DNA of 64,000 bases from Candidatus Eiseniibacteriota bacterium (GTDB taxonomy: Bacteria > Eisenbacteria > RBG-16-71-46 > JABDJR01): NCBI GenBank assembly GCA_963762255.1, contig CAVXKA010000001.1, positions 192,001 through 256,000 of the forward strand, given 5' to 3'. The notes under the pieces were generated by a model. It did no database searches, was not told where the DNA came from, and saw nothing but the letters and a program-made list of their open reading frames with translations. The translations under genes and the position numbers were made by a program. Below are positions 20,294 through 30,079 of the stretch, piece by piece. Position 1 is the first letter of the stretch. Each line of letters opens with the position of its first letter.

Positions 20294-21280
20294 ATGATCA
20301 AAGTCTTCAGCGGAATCCAGCCCACAGGCACCTTGCACCTCGGCAACTACCTCGGAGCCATCCGTAACTGGGTCGCGCTCCAGGAGCGCCCCGACTACGA
20401 GTGCATCTACTGCGTCGTGGACTACCACGCGATCACGGTGGAGTACGAGCCGGAGCGACTCCACGAGCGCACGCTGGCGCTGACCCGCGATCTTCTCGCC
20501 TGCGGTCTCGATCCCGAGCGCAGCGCCATCTTCGCGCAGTCGCAGGTGCCCGAGCACACCGAGCTCGCCTGGATCTTCCAGGCCACCTCGACCTCGTACG
20601 GCGAACTGCAGCGTATGACGCAGTTCAAGTCGAAGTCCGACCAGCAGGCCTTCGTCACCGCGGGACTCTTCACCTACCCGGTGCTGCAAGCCGCGGACAT
20701 TCTTCTCTACGACGCCACGCGCGTGCCGGTCGGCGAGGACCAGGTGCAGCACCTGGAGCTCACGCGCGAAATCGCGCGCCGCTTCAACCTGCGCTTCGGC
20801 GAGACCTTCCCCGAGGTGCTCCCGCTCCTGACCGACGCGCCCAAGATCCTCTCCCTGCGCGACCCCGAGCAGAAGATGTCGAAGAGCGCGGGCGAGGGGC
20901 ATTTCCTGGCAATGGACGCGACCGAATCCGAAGCGCGCGACATGATCAAGCGCGCGGTCACCGACGTGGGCCCGCGGCCCGAGGGCGAGATGAGCCCCGG
21001 CGTGGCCAACCTCTTCGTCATCGTCAAGACGCTCGGCGATCCCGCCGTGTACGCCGGGCTGATGAGGGATTACGAGGGGGGCAAGCTCCGGTATGTAGAG
21101 CTCAAAGGGGCCGCCGCCGACTCGGTGTGGGCCACGATGGCCCGCATTCAGGAGCGCAAGGCGCAGTTCCCGGTCGAGAAGGTTCGGGAGATCCTGCGTG
21201 AGGGGGCGGCGAAGGTGAGGCCGCAGGCCCAGGCCAAGATCGCGGACGTCCGCCGGCGGGTCGGGTTGATTACTATATAG
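20294..21280 (+). CDS. trpS: Tryptophanyl-tRNA synthetase
   Basis: [34 protein letters not shown] and KMSKS. Start at ATG 20294. Confidence 0.97.
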   Translation: MIKVFSGIQPTGTLHLGNYLGAIRNWVALQERPDYECIYCVVDYHAITVEYEPERLHERTLALTRDLLACGLDPERSAIFAQSQVPEHTELAWIFQATSTSYGELQRMTQFKSKSDQQAFVTAGLFTYPVLQAADILLYDATRVPVGEDQVQHLELTREIARRFNLRFGETFPEVLPLLTDAPKILSLRDPEQKMSKSAGEGHFLAMDATESEARDMIKRAVTDVGPRPEGEMSPGVANLFVIVKTLGDPAVYAGLMRDYEGGKLRYVELKGAAADSVWATMARIQERKAQFPVEKVREILREGAAKVRPQAQAKIADVRRRVGLITI

Positions 21281-21393
21281 TTCAATTTTTCCGATGTGGT
21301 CTTGTTGCCCGGCCTCCTTGTGGCCGGTACACTTTTCGTCTTGCCAGCGGCATCCGGGGTCCCCGGAACCCGGTCGCGGCAACGAGGAGACCG

Positions 21394-21783
21394 ATGCAGA
21401 GAAGAATGTTCCTGGCCAAGATCCACAGGGCGACGGTCACCCACGCCGACCTCGACTACGAGGGGAGCGTATCGATCGACCGTGACCTGATGGACGCCGC
21501 CGGGATCCTCGACCATGAGGAAGTTCACGTCTGGAACGTGACGAGGGGCACGCGCCTCGTCACCTACGCCATCCCCAGCCCGAGCGGGTCCGGGGTCATC
21601 TCCATCAACGGCGCCGCCGCCCATCACAACAAGCCCGGCGACATCGTGATCCTCGCCACCTTCGGGGAACTCACCGACGAGGAAGCGCGCCGTCACACGC
21701 CCAGAGTGATTCGGGTCGATGCCAAGAATCGGATCGTGAGCGCCGAGCCCGAGATCGCAGGTCCGGGGCGTCCTCGCGTCTAG
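21394..21783 (+). CDS. panD: Aspartate 1-decarboxylase
   Basis: [16 protein letters not shown]|S self-cleavage site, TYAI and INGAAAH. Confidence 0.97.
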   Translation: MQRRMFLAKIHRATVTHADLDYEGSVSIDRDLMDAAGILDHEEVHVWNVTRGTRLVTYAIPSPSGSGVISINGAAAHHNKPGDIVILATFGELTDEEARRHTPRVIRVDAKNRIVSAEPEIAGPGRPRV

Positions 21784-21931
21784 TCCGTTCCTCGTCTGCT
21801 CCGCCCAATTCTCTGCAACTTGAGCCCGCCCGGTTGCGTCTTACCCGATGTCGCGCGCGAACGAACGCCCGGTGGCGTCTTCCCGTCGCCCCCGCTGCGC
21901 GTGCCGCGACGCCCTCACGGGTGGACGGACC

Positions 21932-22210
21932 ATGCGCAAGTCGAACCCCTTTGTCCGCTTGCTGATCGCGATACTGATCGCCACCGCGCTCACCGGGATT
22001 CCGACCCTGGCAGGGGCGCGCACCACTCCACCCGGACCTCCGGTCTTCTGTCCGCCGCCGGTCGACCATAGCCCGGAGGCGAACGCGATCGAGAAGGCGG
22101 GCGCCCGCGGGCCTTCGAAGCCCTCATCGAACGCGCATGCTGCGCGGCCCGCCGCGCCTCCATCCGGTTCTTCACCTCCGGCTGCAACTTCACGCCGGAA
22201 CCAATCGTAG
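21932..22210 (+). CDS. Small secreted Pro/Ala/Ser-rich hypothetical protein
   Basis: ATG 21932 gives a classical signal peptide (MRKSNPFVRLLIAILIATALTGIPTLAGA) followed by a low-complexity tail. Confidence 0.5.
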   Translation: MRKSNPFVRLLIAILIATALTGIPTLAGARTTPPGPPVFCPPPVDHSPEANAIEKAGARGPSKPSSNAHAARPAAPPSGSSPPAATSRRNQS

Positions 22211-22315
22211 TTCGCGACATTGGGGGGCTCCTCAGATGGCCGCCGGCGTGCGATGCGCGCCGGCGGCGCGCTCCCTCCGCCATGCGCCCATCGCTCGAAA
22301 GAAGGATCGCGCGCC

Positions 22316-23527
22316 ATGAGAATCAAGAGCCGTCGATTCGGAATCCTCCTCCTCGTGATCGTCGTGGTACTCGCCGTGTCGGGAACGATCCTCGTCCGGC
22401 AGATCTCGGGGCGCGCGGACACCGCGGTCGCCTCGGCATCCGACTCGACGGATGCCGGTAAGGCATCGGGCAAGAAGAAGAAGGGCGACAAGGACAATGC
22501 GCCCAAGCCGGTTCCGGTCGAGACCGCGCTCGCGGTGGCGCGTGACATCCCCGCGTTCTTCAGCGCCACCGGATCCCTCGACGCGCGGCGTCGCATTCAG
22601 CTCGTCTCCAAGGCGCAAGGCCAGGTCGTAAGGCTCCTCGTCGAAGAGGGCGCCCGCGTTCGCGCGGGGCAGGTTCTGCTGGAGCTGGATCATCGTGAGG
22701 AAGAGCTGCTTCTCAAGGAGGCGACCGCCCGCGCGGAGACTGCCGCTAGCGGGCTCGAGCGCATTCGCGGCCTGCTCGACCGCGGCCTCGGTTCCGATCG
22801 CGATTTCGAGCAGGCCAGAACCGAGGCCGAGGTCTCGGCGGCGCAACGCGACCTGGCGCAGGTGCGTCTCGACGACAAGATCGTGCGCGCCCCGTTCAGC
22901 GGCCTCGTGACCGATCGCCTGGTCGAGCTGGGGCAGACCACCAATCTCGGGCAGCCGCTGGTGGGCCTCGCCGAGGCCCCGCCGATGGAGATCAAGCTCT
23001 TCCTTCCCGAGCAGGTCGTGAAGGATCTGCATGCCGACCAGCCGGTCGAGATCCGCCCCGACGTGGATGCCGGCGTCGCGCTGACCGGCATCGTGGAGCG
23101 CATCGCGCCCACGGTCGATCCCTCCACCTCCACCGTGAAGGTCACGCTGCGCGTGGACGACATCTCCGCCGTCGCGCGGGTGGGGAGCTTCGTGCGGGCG
23201 CGCATCACCACCGACACGCGGCAGGGAGCGGTGGCGGTGCCCAAGCGTGCGCTGGTCCCCGAAGCGGGAGCGACCTACTTGTATCTGGCCGAGGCCGACT
23301 CGGTGCGCAAGATCGCGGTCACCACCGGCTACGCGGACGACGACTTCGTGGAAGTGGTCACGGGCCTCATGCTGGGCTCCCGCATCGTGACGGTGGGACA
23401 GGGCGGACTGCGCAACGGCAGCAAGATTCGCGATCTCACGTTGGAGAACGCGGCCAAGTCCGAGCCGAAATCCGGCGGGACCGAGCCCGCGGCGCCTGAA
23501 GTCGCAGCGGCCGCCGAGAACGACTGA
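22316..23527 (+). CDS. RND efflux membrane fusion protein
   Basis: N-terminal TM; lipoyl-like halves (GQVVRLLVEEGARVRAGQVL / IVRAPFSG), helical hairpin and VPKRAL. Confidence 0.92.
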   Translation: MRIKSRRFGILLLVIVVVLAVSGTILVRQISGRADTAVASASDSTDAGKASGKKKKGDKDNAPKPVPVETALAVARDIPAFFSATGSLDARRRIQLVSKAQGQVVRLLVEEGARVRAGQVLLELDHREEELLLKEATARAETAASGLERIRGLLDRGLGSDRDFEQARTEAEVSAAQRDLAQVRLDDKIVRAPFSGLVTDRLVELGQTTNLGQPLVGLAEAPPMEIKLFLPEQVVKDLHADQPVEIRPDVDAGVALTGIVERIAPTVDPSTSTVKVTLRVDDISAVARVGSFVRARITTDTRQGAVAVPKRALVPEAGATYLYLAEADSVRKIAVTTGYADDDFVEVVTGLMLGSRIVTVGQGGLRNGSKIRDLTLENAAKSEPKSGGTEPAAPEVAAAAEND

Positions 23528-23528
23528 G

Positions 23529-26500
23529 ATGCGCGCCCTCATCCGCTACGCCGTCGAGCACCGCGTGACCATGCTCATGCTCACGGCGGCCGCAGTCGTG
23601 TTCGGCGTGGTCTCGCTGGGGCGGCTGCCGCTGCAGCTTCTGCCCGATCTCAGCTACCCGACGCTCACCCTGCAAACCGAATACGCGGACTCGGCGCCCA
23701 ACGAGGTGGAGAGCCTCATCACGAGACCGTTGGAAGAGGCGGTGGGAGTCGTGCCGGGGCTGCGGCGCCTGAGTTCGACGAGCGAGGCGGGCGTGAGCAC
23801 TATCCGCCTTGAGTTCGGCTGGGACACCGACATGGACTTCGCCGCCCTCGACGTGAGGGAGAAGGTCGATCTGATCACGCTCCCCGACGACGCGAAGGCC
23901 CCCGTGCTTCTTCGCTACGACCCCGCCCAGGATCCGGTCATCCGGCTCGGCGTGTCGGGCGGCGCCAATGCCGTGCAGCTCCGTTACCTCGCCGATCAGG
24001 TGGTCAAGAAGGAGCTCGAGGCGATGCAAGGCATTGCCGCCGCCAAGGTCGTGGGCGGGCTCACGGAAGAAGTGCACGTCGACATCGACGAGCAGCGGCT
24101 GGCCGCCCTCGGGGTTCCCATCACCGGCATCACCCAGGTGGTGGGTGAAGAGAACGTGAACGCGGCGGGCGGGCGCCTGCGCGACCGCGACGCCGAGTAC
24201 CTCGTGCGTACGCTGAACCAGTTCGAGGGTCCGGTCGATGTCGGCGAGACCATCGTCCAGCGGGACGGCGACCGCGTCGTCAAGCTCGCCGACGTCGCTT
24301 CGGTGACGCGCGCGCACAAGGAGCGCGAGATCGTCAGCCGCATCGACGGCGAGCAGGCGGTGGAGGTGGGCGTCTACAAGGAGGGGGACGCCAACATCGT
24401 CGACGTGGCGCGCCGCGTGCGGGCCCGGGTACCGGCCTTGCAGAAGATGCTCCCGGAGGGAGTGAAGCTCCAGGTGCTCTCGGACCAGTCCACGTTCATC
24501 CAGAGCGCCGTCAATCAGGTGCGCTCGAACGCGCTCATGGGCGGGCTCCTGGCCGTGCTCGTTCTCTTCGTATTCCTGCGCGACGTGCGCGCCACCGCGA
24601 TCATCGCGCTCGCCATCCCCGCCTCCATCGTCACCACCTTCGTGCTCATGTTCCGCCAGGGGATCACGCTGAACGTGATGAGCCTCGGCGGGCTCGCGCT
24701 CGGCGTGGGGATGCTGGTCGACAACTCGATCGTTGTCCTCGAGAGCATCGTGCGACACCGTCGGGGTTCCGGCCTCTCGCTGGCCGACGCGGTGGTGAAC
24801 GGCACCGAGGAGGTCGGGACCGCGATCACCGCCTCGACATTGACCACGATCGCGGTGTTTCTTCCCATCCTGTTCGTGGAGGGGGTGGCACGGCAGATCT
24901 TCAGGGACCAGGCGCTCACCGTGACCTACTCGCTCATGGTGAGCCTCGTCGTGGCCCTCACGCTCACGCCGATGCTGGCGGCGCTGGGGTCGCGACAGCG
25001 CAAAGCGGACGTGCCGGCGAGGGATAGCGCGCGCGGCTTCGAGGATGAGGGGCGGATCATGGAGTCGGTGCGCCGCCGCTACGCGCGCTTGCTCTCCGGG
25101 GCGCTCGGCCATCGCGCGTGGGTGATGGGCGCGTTTCTCGCGCTCTTTGTCGGGTCGTTTATCGGCGCCCGGTTCATCGGCACCGATCTCATTCCGTCCT
25201 TCGCCCAGGGGGAGCTGCGCTTCGATCTCGAACTGCCCGAGGGAACGCCGATCGAGCACACCGATCGCGTCATCCACGATCTCGAGCGCGAACTCCTCGA
25301 CCTGCCGGGTGTGAGCGCGGTCTTCAGCAACGTCGGCGTCGCCGCGGAGGGCGGCGGCAATGTGCGCAGCAAGAAGGAGAACCACGCCGAGCTGAACGTG
25401 CGGTTGGCAGCGGGGTCGGGGCGCGCAGAGGAGGCGGAGGTCCTGGAGGGCATCCGCCGAAGCCTCGCCGAGGTCCCGCGCCTGACCGGCACGCTTCAGA
25501 ACCAGCTCGCCTTTACGTTCAAGACGCCGGTCGAGGTGGAGATCTACGGCTACGATCTACGGGAGCTGAGCGACGTTTCCGACCACGTGGTGGAGACCCT
25601 GCGCGGCGTGTCCGGCCTCGAGGACGTCACCGCGAGCCTGGAGCCGGGAAGCCCGGAGGTGGAGATTCGCTTCGACCGCGACAAGCTCAAGCTCGCCGGG
25701 TTGGGACTTCGCGAGGCCAGCGAATCGCTCCGCACCAAGATCCTGGGAAAGGTGGCGACCGACTACAAGGACCGCGACCGGCAGATCGACGTACTGGTGC
25801 GCAGCGCCGACGCGCAGGAACTCTCCTTTGCCGACCTCAACACCATGGTCGTCGGCTATCGGGCGGCGATGCCGATCCAGCTTGCCTCGGTGGCCGACGT
25901 GGCGGTGGCGCGCGGCCCGGCCCGCATCCAGCGCATCGCCCAGTCACGCGCGGCGGTGGTGAGCGCGAATCTCGTGGGCCGCGATCTCGGCAGCGCATCG
26001 CGCGACATCGAGGCCGCCCTCGCCCACGTGTCACTGCCGCCCGATGTAACCCTTCAGATCGCGGGACAGAACGAGGAGATGCGTTCGAGCATGCGGAGCC
26101 TCGTCTTCGCCGCCGTGCTGGCGATCTTCCTGGTCTATCTCGTCATGGCGAGCCAGTTCGAGTCGATCAAGAACCCCTTCCTCATCCTCTTCACCATGCC
26201 GATGGGATTGATCGGCGTGGTGGCCGCGCTCGTCCTGACCCGCACCCCCGTGAGCGTGGTCGTGATGATCGGGGCGATCATGCTGGCCGGGATCGTGGTC
26301 AACAACGGCATCGTGCTCATCGACCTGGTCGGCCGGCTTCGCCGCCAGGGGGCGACGGTGCACGAGTCGATTGTGGAAGCGGCGCAGGTCCGGCTTCGTC
26401 CCATCCTCATGACGACCACGACCACGGTGCTGGGTCTCCTCCCGCTTGCGATGGGTCGCGGCGAGGGCGCGGAGATCATGACCCCGCTCGCGATCACCGT

Positions 26501-26600
26501 CATCGGCGGCCTCACCGTCTCGACGGTGCTGACCCTGATCGTGCTGCCCGTGCTCTACAGCCTCGTCAACCGCGATCCTCGCCCGGCGCGAGCGGTATAG
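23529..26600 (+). CDS. RND transporter permease subunit 1 (AcrB/MdtB-like)
   Basis: 1023 aa; GMLVDNSIVVLE, GIVVNNGIVL and RLRPILMTT. Confidence 0.95.
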   Translation: MRALIRYAVEHRVTMLMLTAAAVVFGVVSLGRLPLQLLPDLSYPTLTLQTEYADSAPNEVESLITRPLEEAVGVVPGLRRLSSTSEAGVSTIRLEFGWDTDMDFAALDVREKVDLITLPDDAKAPVLLRYDPAQDPVIRLGVSGGANAVQLRYLADQVVKKELEAMQGIAAAKVVGGLTEEVHVDIDEQRLAALGVPITGITQVVGEENVNAAGGRLRDRDAEYLVRTLNQFEGPVDVGETIVQRDGDRVVKLADVASVTRAHKEREIVSRIDGEQAVEVGVYKEGDANIVDVARRVRARVPALQKMLPEGVKLQVLSDQSTFIQSAVNQVRSNALMGGLLAVLVLFVFLRDVRATAIIALAIPASIVTTFVLMFRQGITLNVMSLGGLALGVGMLVDNSIVVLESIVRHRRGSGLSLADAVVNGTEEVGTAITASTLTTIAVFLPILFVEGVARQIFRDQALTVTYSLMVSLVVALTLTPMLAALGSRQRKADVPARDSARGFEDEGRIMESVRRRYARLLSGALGHRAWVMGAFLALFVGSFIGARFIGTDLIPSFAQGELRFDLELPEGTPIEHTDRVIHDLERELLDLPGVSAVFSNVGVAAEGGGNVRSKKENHAELNVRLAAGSGRAEEAEVLEGIRRSLAEVPRLTGTLQNQLAFTFKTPVEVEIYGYDLRELSDVSDHVVETLRGVSGLEDVTASLEPGSPEVEIRFDRDKLKLAGLGLREASESLRTKILGKVATDYKDRDRQIDVLVRSADAQELSFADLNTMVVGYRAAMPIQLASVADVAVARGPARIQRIAQSRAAVVSANLVGRDLGSASRDIEAALAHVSLPPDVTLQIAGQNEEMRSSMRSLVFAAVLAIFLVYLVMASQFESIKNPFLILFTMPMGLIGVVAALVLTRTPVSVVVMIGAIMLAGIVVNNGIVLIDLVGRLRRQGATVHESIVEAAQVRLRPILMTTTTTVLGLLPLAMGRGEGAEIMTPLAITVIGGLTVSTVLTLIVLPVLYSLVNRDPRPARAV

Positions 26601-26612
26601 GAACCGGCGGTC

Positions 26613-29600
26613 ATGTGGATCACCCGGCTCGCCGTCCGCCGCCCGGTGTCGGTCATCGTGGTGCTGGTCTCGCTGCTCGTCCTCGGCGCGATCAGCGCAT
26701 TCAAGCTCCCCCTCAACTTCCTTCCCAACGAGGAAATGCCCTTCATCGGGGTGTTCGTCCCCTACCCGAACGGCGTCCCCGGGCAGGTGGAGCGCGAGAT
26801 CGCGCGCCCGATCGAAGAGGTCTTGAGCACGCTCGGCGGGGTCAAGCAGATCTTCAGCCAGAGCGATCCAGCTCAGTGCTTCGTAGGGGTCGAGTTCGAC
26901 TGGGGTCGCGACGTCAACGTGCTGCGGCTGGAGGTGAAGGAGAAGCTCGACCAGATCCGCCCGGAGCTTCCCGCCGACGTTCGCGACATCCTTCTCTTCA
27001 CGTTCAATACCAACGACATTCCGATCGTGGAAGGACGCATCAGCGCCCATGACCGCGATCTCTCCGGGAGCTACGATCTCATCGAGCACCGCGTCATCAA
27101 CCGTCTCCAGCGCGTGCCGGGCGTGGGGCGCGTTCAGGTGGAAGGGGTGGAGCCCGCCAACGTCTCGGTGTACTTGAAGCTCGACAAGATCAAGGAACAT
27201 CGGGTCGACGTGGGGCGCCTTTTCAGCGAGCTCTCCTCCAGCAACTTCAACCTCACCGTAGGCCAGGTCACGCGCGAGGGGCTGCGCTACAACCTGCGCT
27301 CGGTGGGGTCACTGGCGTCCGTGGCGGAGATCGAGAACCTGCCCCTGGACGATCGCGGTCTCCGGCTCAAGGACGTGGCCGACGTCGTGGTCGCGGAGCC
27401 CGAACTCACCTACGGGCGACTCCTCAACCGCGAGCCGGCGGTGGCGTTCTGGGTGCAGAAGGCCAGCGGCGCCAACACCGTCGAGGTCGTGAAATCGATC
27501 AAGACCGAGCTCGCGCGCATCAACAGCGATCCGGCGCTCAAGGGCATCGAAGTCTTGCTGTTCTTCGATCAGGGCGAGCAGATCACCAACAGCCTCAATG
27601 GGCTTCTCTCGTCGGGAGCGATCGGCGCGGGGCTGGCGGTGGCGGTCTTGTACTTCTTCCTCCTGCGCATAGGCACCACCCTCATCGTCTCGCTGGCCAT
27701 CCCGATCTCCATCGTCGGCACCGCCTGCTATCTCTACGTGACCCATCGCAGCCTCAACATCCTCTCCATGATGGGGCTGATGCTCGGGGTCGGGATGCTG
27801 ATCGACAACGCGGTGGTGGTGCTGGAGTCGATCTACCGGCGCTTGGGCTTGGGCGAGGACCCCGAGACGGCAACCCTGAAGGGCACCGAAGAGGTCGGCC
27901 GCGCCGTCGTGTCGGCCACGCTGACTTCCGTGATCGTCTTCGCGCCGATTCTCTTCGGCGGGAAGAGCGAGATCACGACCTGGCTCAAGGAGGTCGGGAT
28001 CACGATCACGGTGACGTTGCTGCTTTCGCTCCTGGTGAGCCTCACCCTGATCCCGCTGCTGACGTTCTCGCATCCTCAAGGGCGGTCGGAGGTCGGTCGC
28101 CCTCAACCCTCTGGTGGAACGCTGGGGGAATTCCTACGAACGGGTACTGCGCTGGACAGCCGTCCGCCACCCATGGATCACCGGCGTACCCATCGCGCTC
28201 GGCGTGGTGCTCCTCACCGTGGGCCTGGCGGCGGTGACCAAGTTCAAGCCGGACATCCTCGGCGACGAAGGGGTTCGCCAGGACTATCTGCAGGTCACCT
28301 ACGACTTCCAGGACAACGTCGACTATCGGCGCGCGCACGAGTACGTGAACGACCTCGAAGCCGCGATCTGGGCGAGGCGCGACTCGCTCGACATCAAGCA
28401 CCTGTATTCCTTCTACCAGGACAACTTCGCGATGACCCGCGTGTTCTACCAGGACGCCGCCTTCAAGGGGAGCGACCTGGCGGAGCTTCGCAAGAAGCTG
28501 CGAGACGGGCTTCCCACCCTGGCCGGTGTGGAGTTGCGCTTCGGCGACGACGAGGGGCAGCAGAGCGGAGCCAAGCAGTTCAGCGTGACCTTGTCGGGGG
28601 AGGATAGCGAGGAGCTGGCGGTGATGTCCGCCGAGGTCAAGCGCCGGCTGGTGCTCCTGCCGAGCGTGGCCGACGTGAGCACCGACCTCGAGCGCGGGGC
28701 CGAGGAAATTCAGGTGCGAGTGGATCCGGAGAAGGCGAGGCGGCTCGGTGTGTCGCCCGGCGAGGTGGCCGACATCATGGCGGTGACCTTCCGAGGCGTG
28801 CAGCTACCGAGAGTCCACGCCGACAACCGCGAGATCGATCTCTGGGTGTCGCTGCGACCGGAGGATCGCCAGACGCTCGAGAGCCTCAAGTCCCTCACCG
28901 TGGGGCTGCACAACGGCCGCGAGATCACGCTCGACCAGGTCGCCGAGACCGTGATGGGGAGGGGCGCCAACCGCATCACCCGCCAGGACCAGAAGACGGC
29001 GGTGACGGTGCGCGGGAGCCTCGAAGGAGAGGACTCCGACCAGGCGCTCAAGGACGTGCGCGGGGTGATGGAGTCCGTGCAATTCCCGCCTGGGTACGGG
29101 TGGAATTTCGGCACGGAGATCCAGCAGGCGCAGGAGCAGCAGACCGAGATGCTGGTGAACGTGCTCCTCGCGCTCTTGTGCGTGTACATGGTGATGGCGA
29201 GCCTCTTCGAGTCGCTCATTCACCCGGCGGTGGTGATGTTCTGCATCCCGTTCGCCGGGCTCGGCGTGATCTGGCTCATGGTCGCCACCGGCGCGCCGTT
29301 CAACCTCATGGCCATGATCGGCATGGTCATCCTGGTCGGGGTGGTGGTGAACAACGGCATTGTGCTGGTCGCGCACATCAACCAGCGCCGCAAGGAAGGG
29401 TTGTCGCTGGACGAGGCGATCGTGGCCGGTGGCCGCGAGCGGTTCCGCCCGATCATGATGACGGCGACCACCACGATCCTGGGACTGATCCCGCTCGCGC
29501 TGGGCAACGGCCACGTGGGCGATCTCAAGCTCTATCCGATGGCGCTGGCGCTGATCGGCGGCATGACGAGCTCGACCGCGCTGACGTTGATCTTGCTGCC

Positions 29601-29766
29601 GGTCTACTACCAACTCACCGAGCGCCTGCGAGTGCGGTGGGCATGGGTCTTCGCGTGGTTGGGACGGTCGCTGCGGCGGTTCGGCCGGTGGATGGCGTCG
29701 CGCCTGCCGTTCGGGCGGCGGCGTAGGAGCTCCACCGGACCGACGGTCGCGGAGCCCGCCGCATGA
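26613..29766 (+). CDS. RND transporter permease subunit 2, with a +1 frameshift at ~28065
   Basis: N-half (GMLIDNAVVVLE) in the 26613 frame and C-half (GVVVNNGIVL, RFRPIMMT) in the 28114 frame. Removing one T in ACGTTCTCGC restores T-S-R-I-L-K. Confidence 0.88.
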
Positions 29767-29769
29767 CCG

Positions 29770-29922
29770 TGACGCGGCGTAGCGTGCCGCCCGGGTGAGC
29801 ACCGAGAATCGATCGCGACGATACATATACGTAGATTAAACAGTGACGATGTCTACAAAAACATTCTGAGATGATCACCCGGGTGATCATCGGGCGCCAG
29901 TCCTGCGATCGCGATCACAGGA
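29770..29922. repeat. Palindrome-rich intergenic region related to the 3195/45718 palindrome
   Basis: Perfect 22-bp GATGATCACCCGGGTGATCATC at 29870-29891, a degenerate copy at 29784-29802, a hairpin at 29901-29922 and an AT-rich core at ~29820-29868. Confidence 0.7.
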
Positions 29923-30079
29923 TCGGCCGAACCTCCAAGGACGCACCGCCCATTCCTGCATGGTTCATCCGCTCCGGAGGTGCTACCCTCCCTCTCGCTG
30001 GGTTCCTCAGACCTTGCTCCACACACGAGACCATCCCTCGCGTCGCTCGAACGACACCCCTCGAAGAGGAGTCTCCCGC

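Noticed and set aside
28055-28075. Phase-variable or programmed frameshift in the second RND permease
   Set aside because: No homopolymer or short repeat tract; same insertion pattern as the other probable errors.
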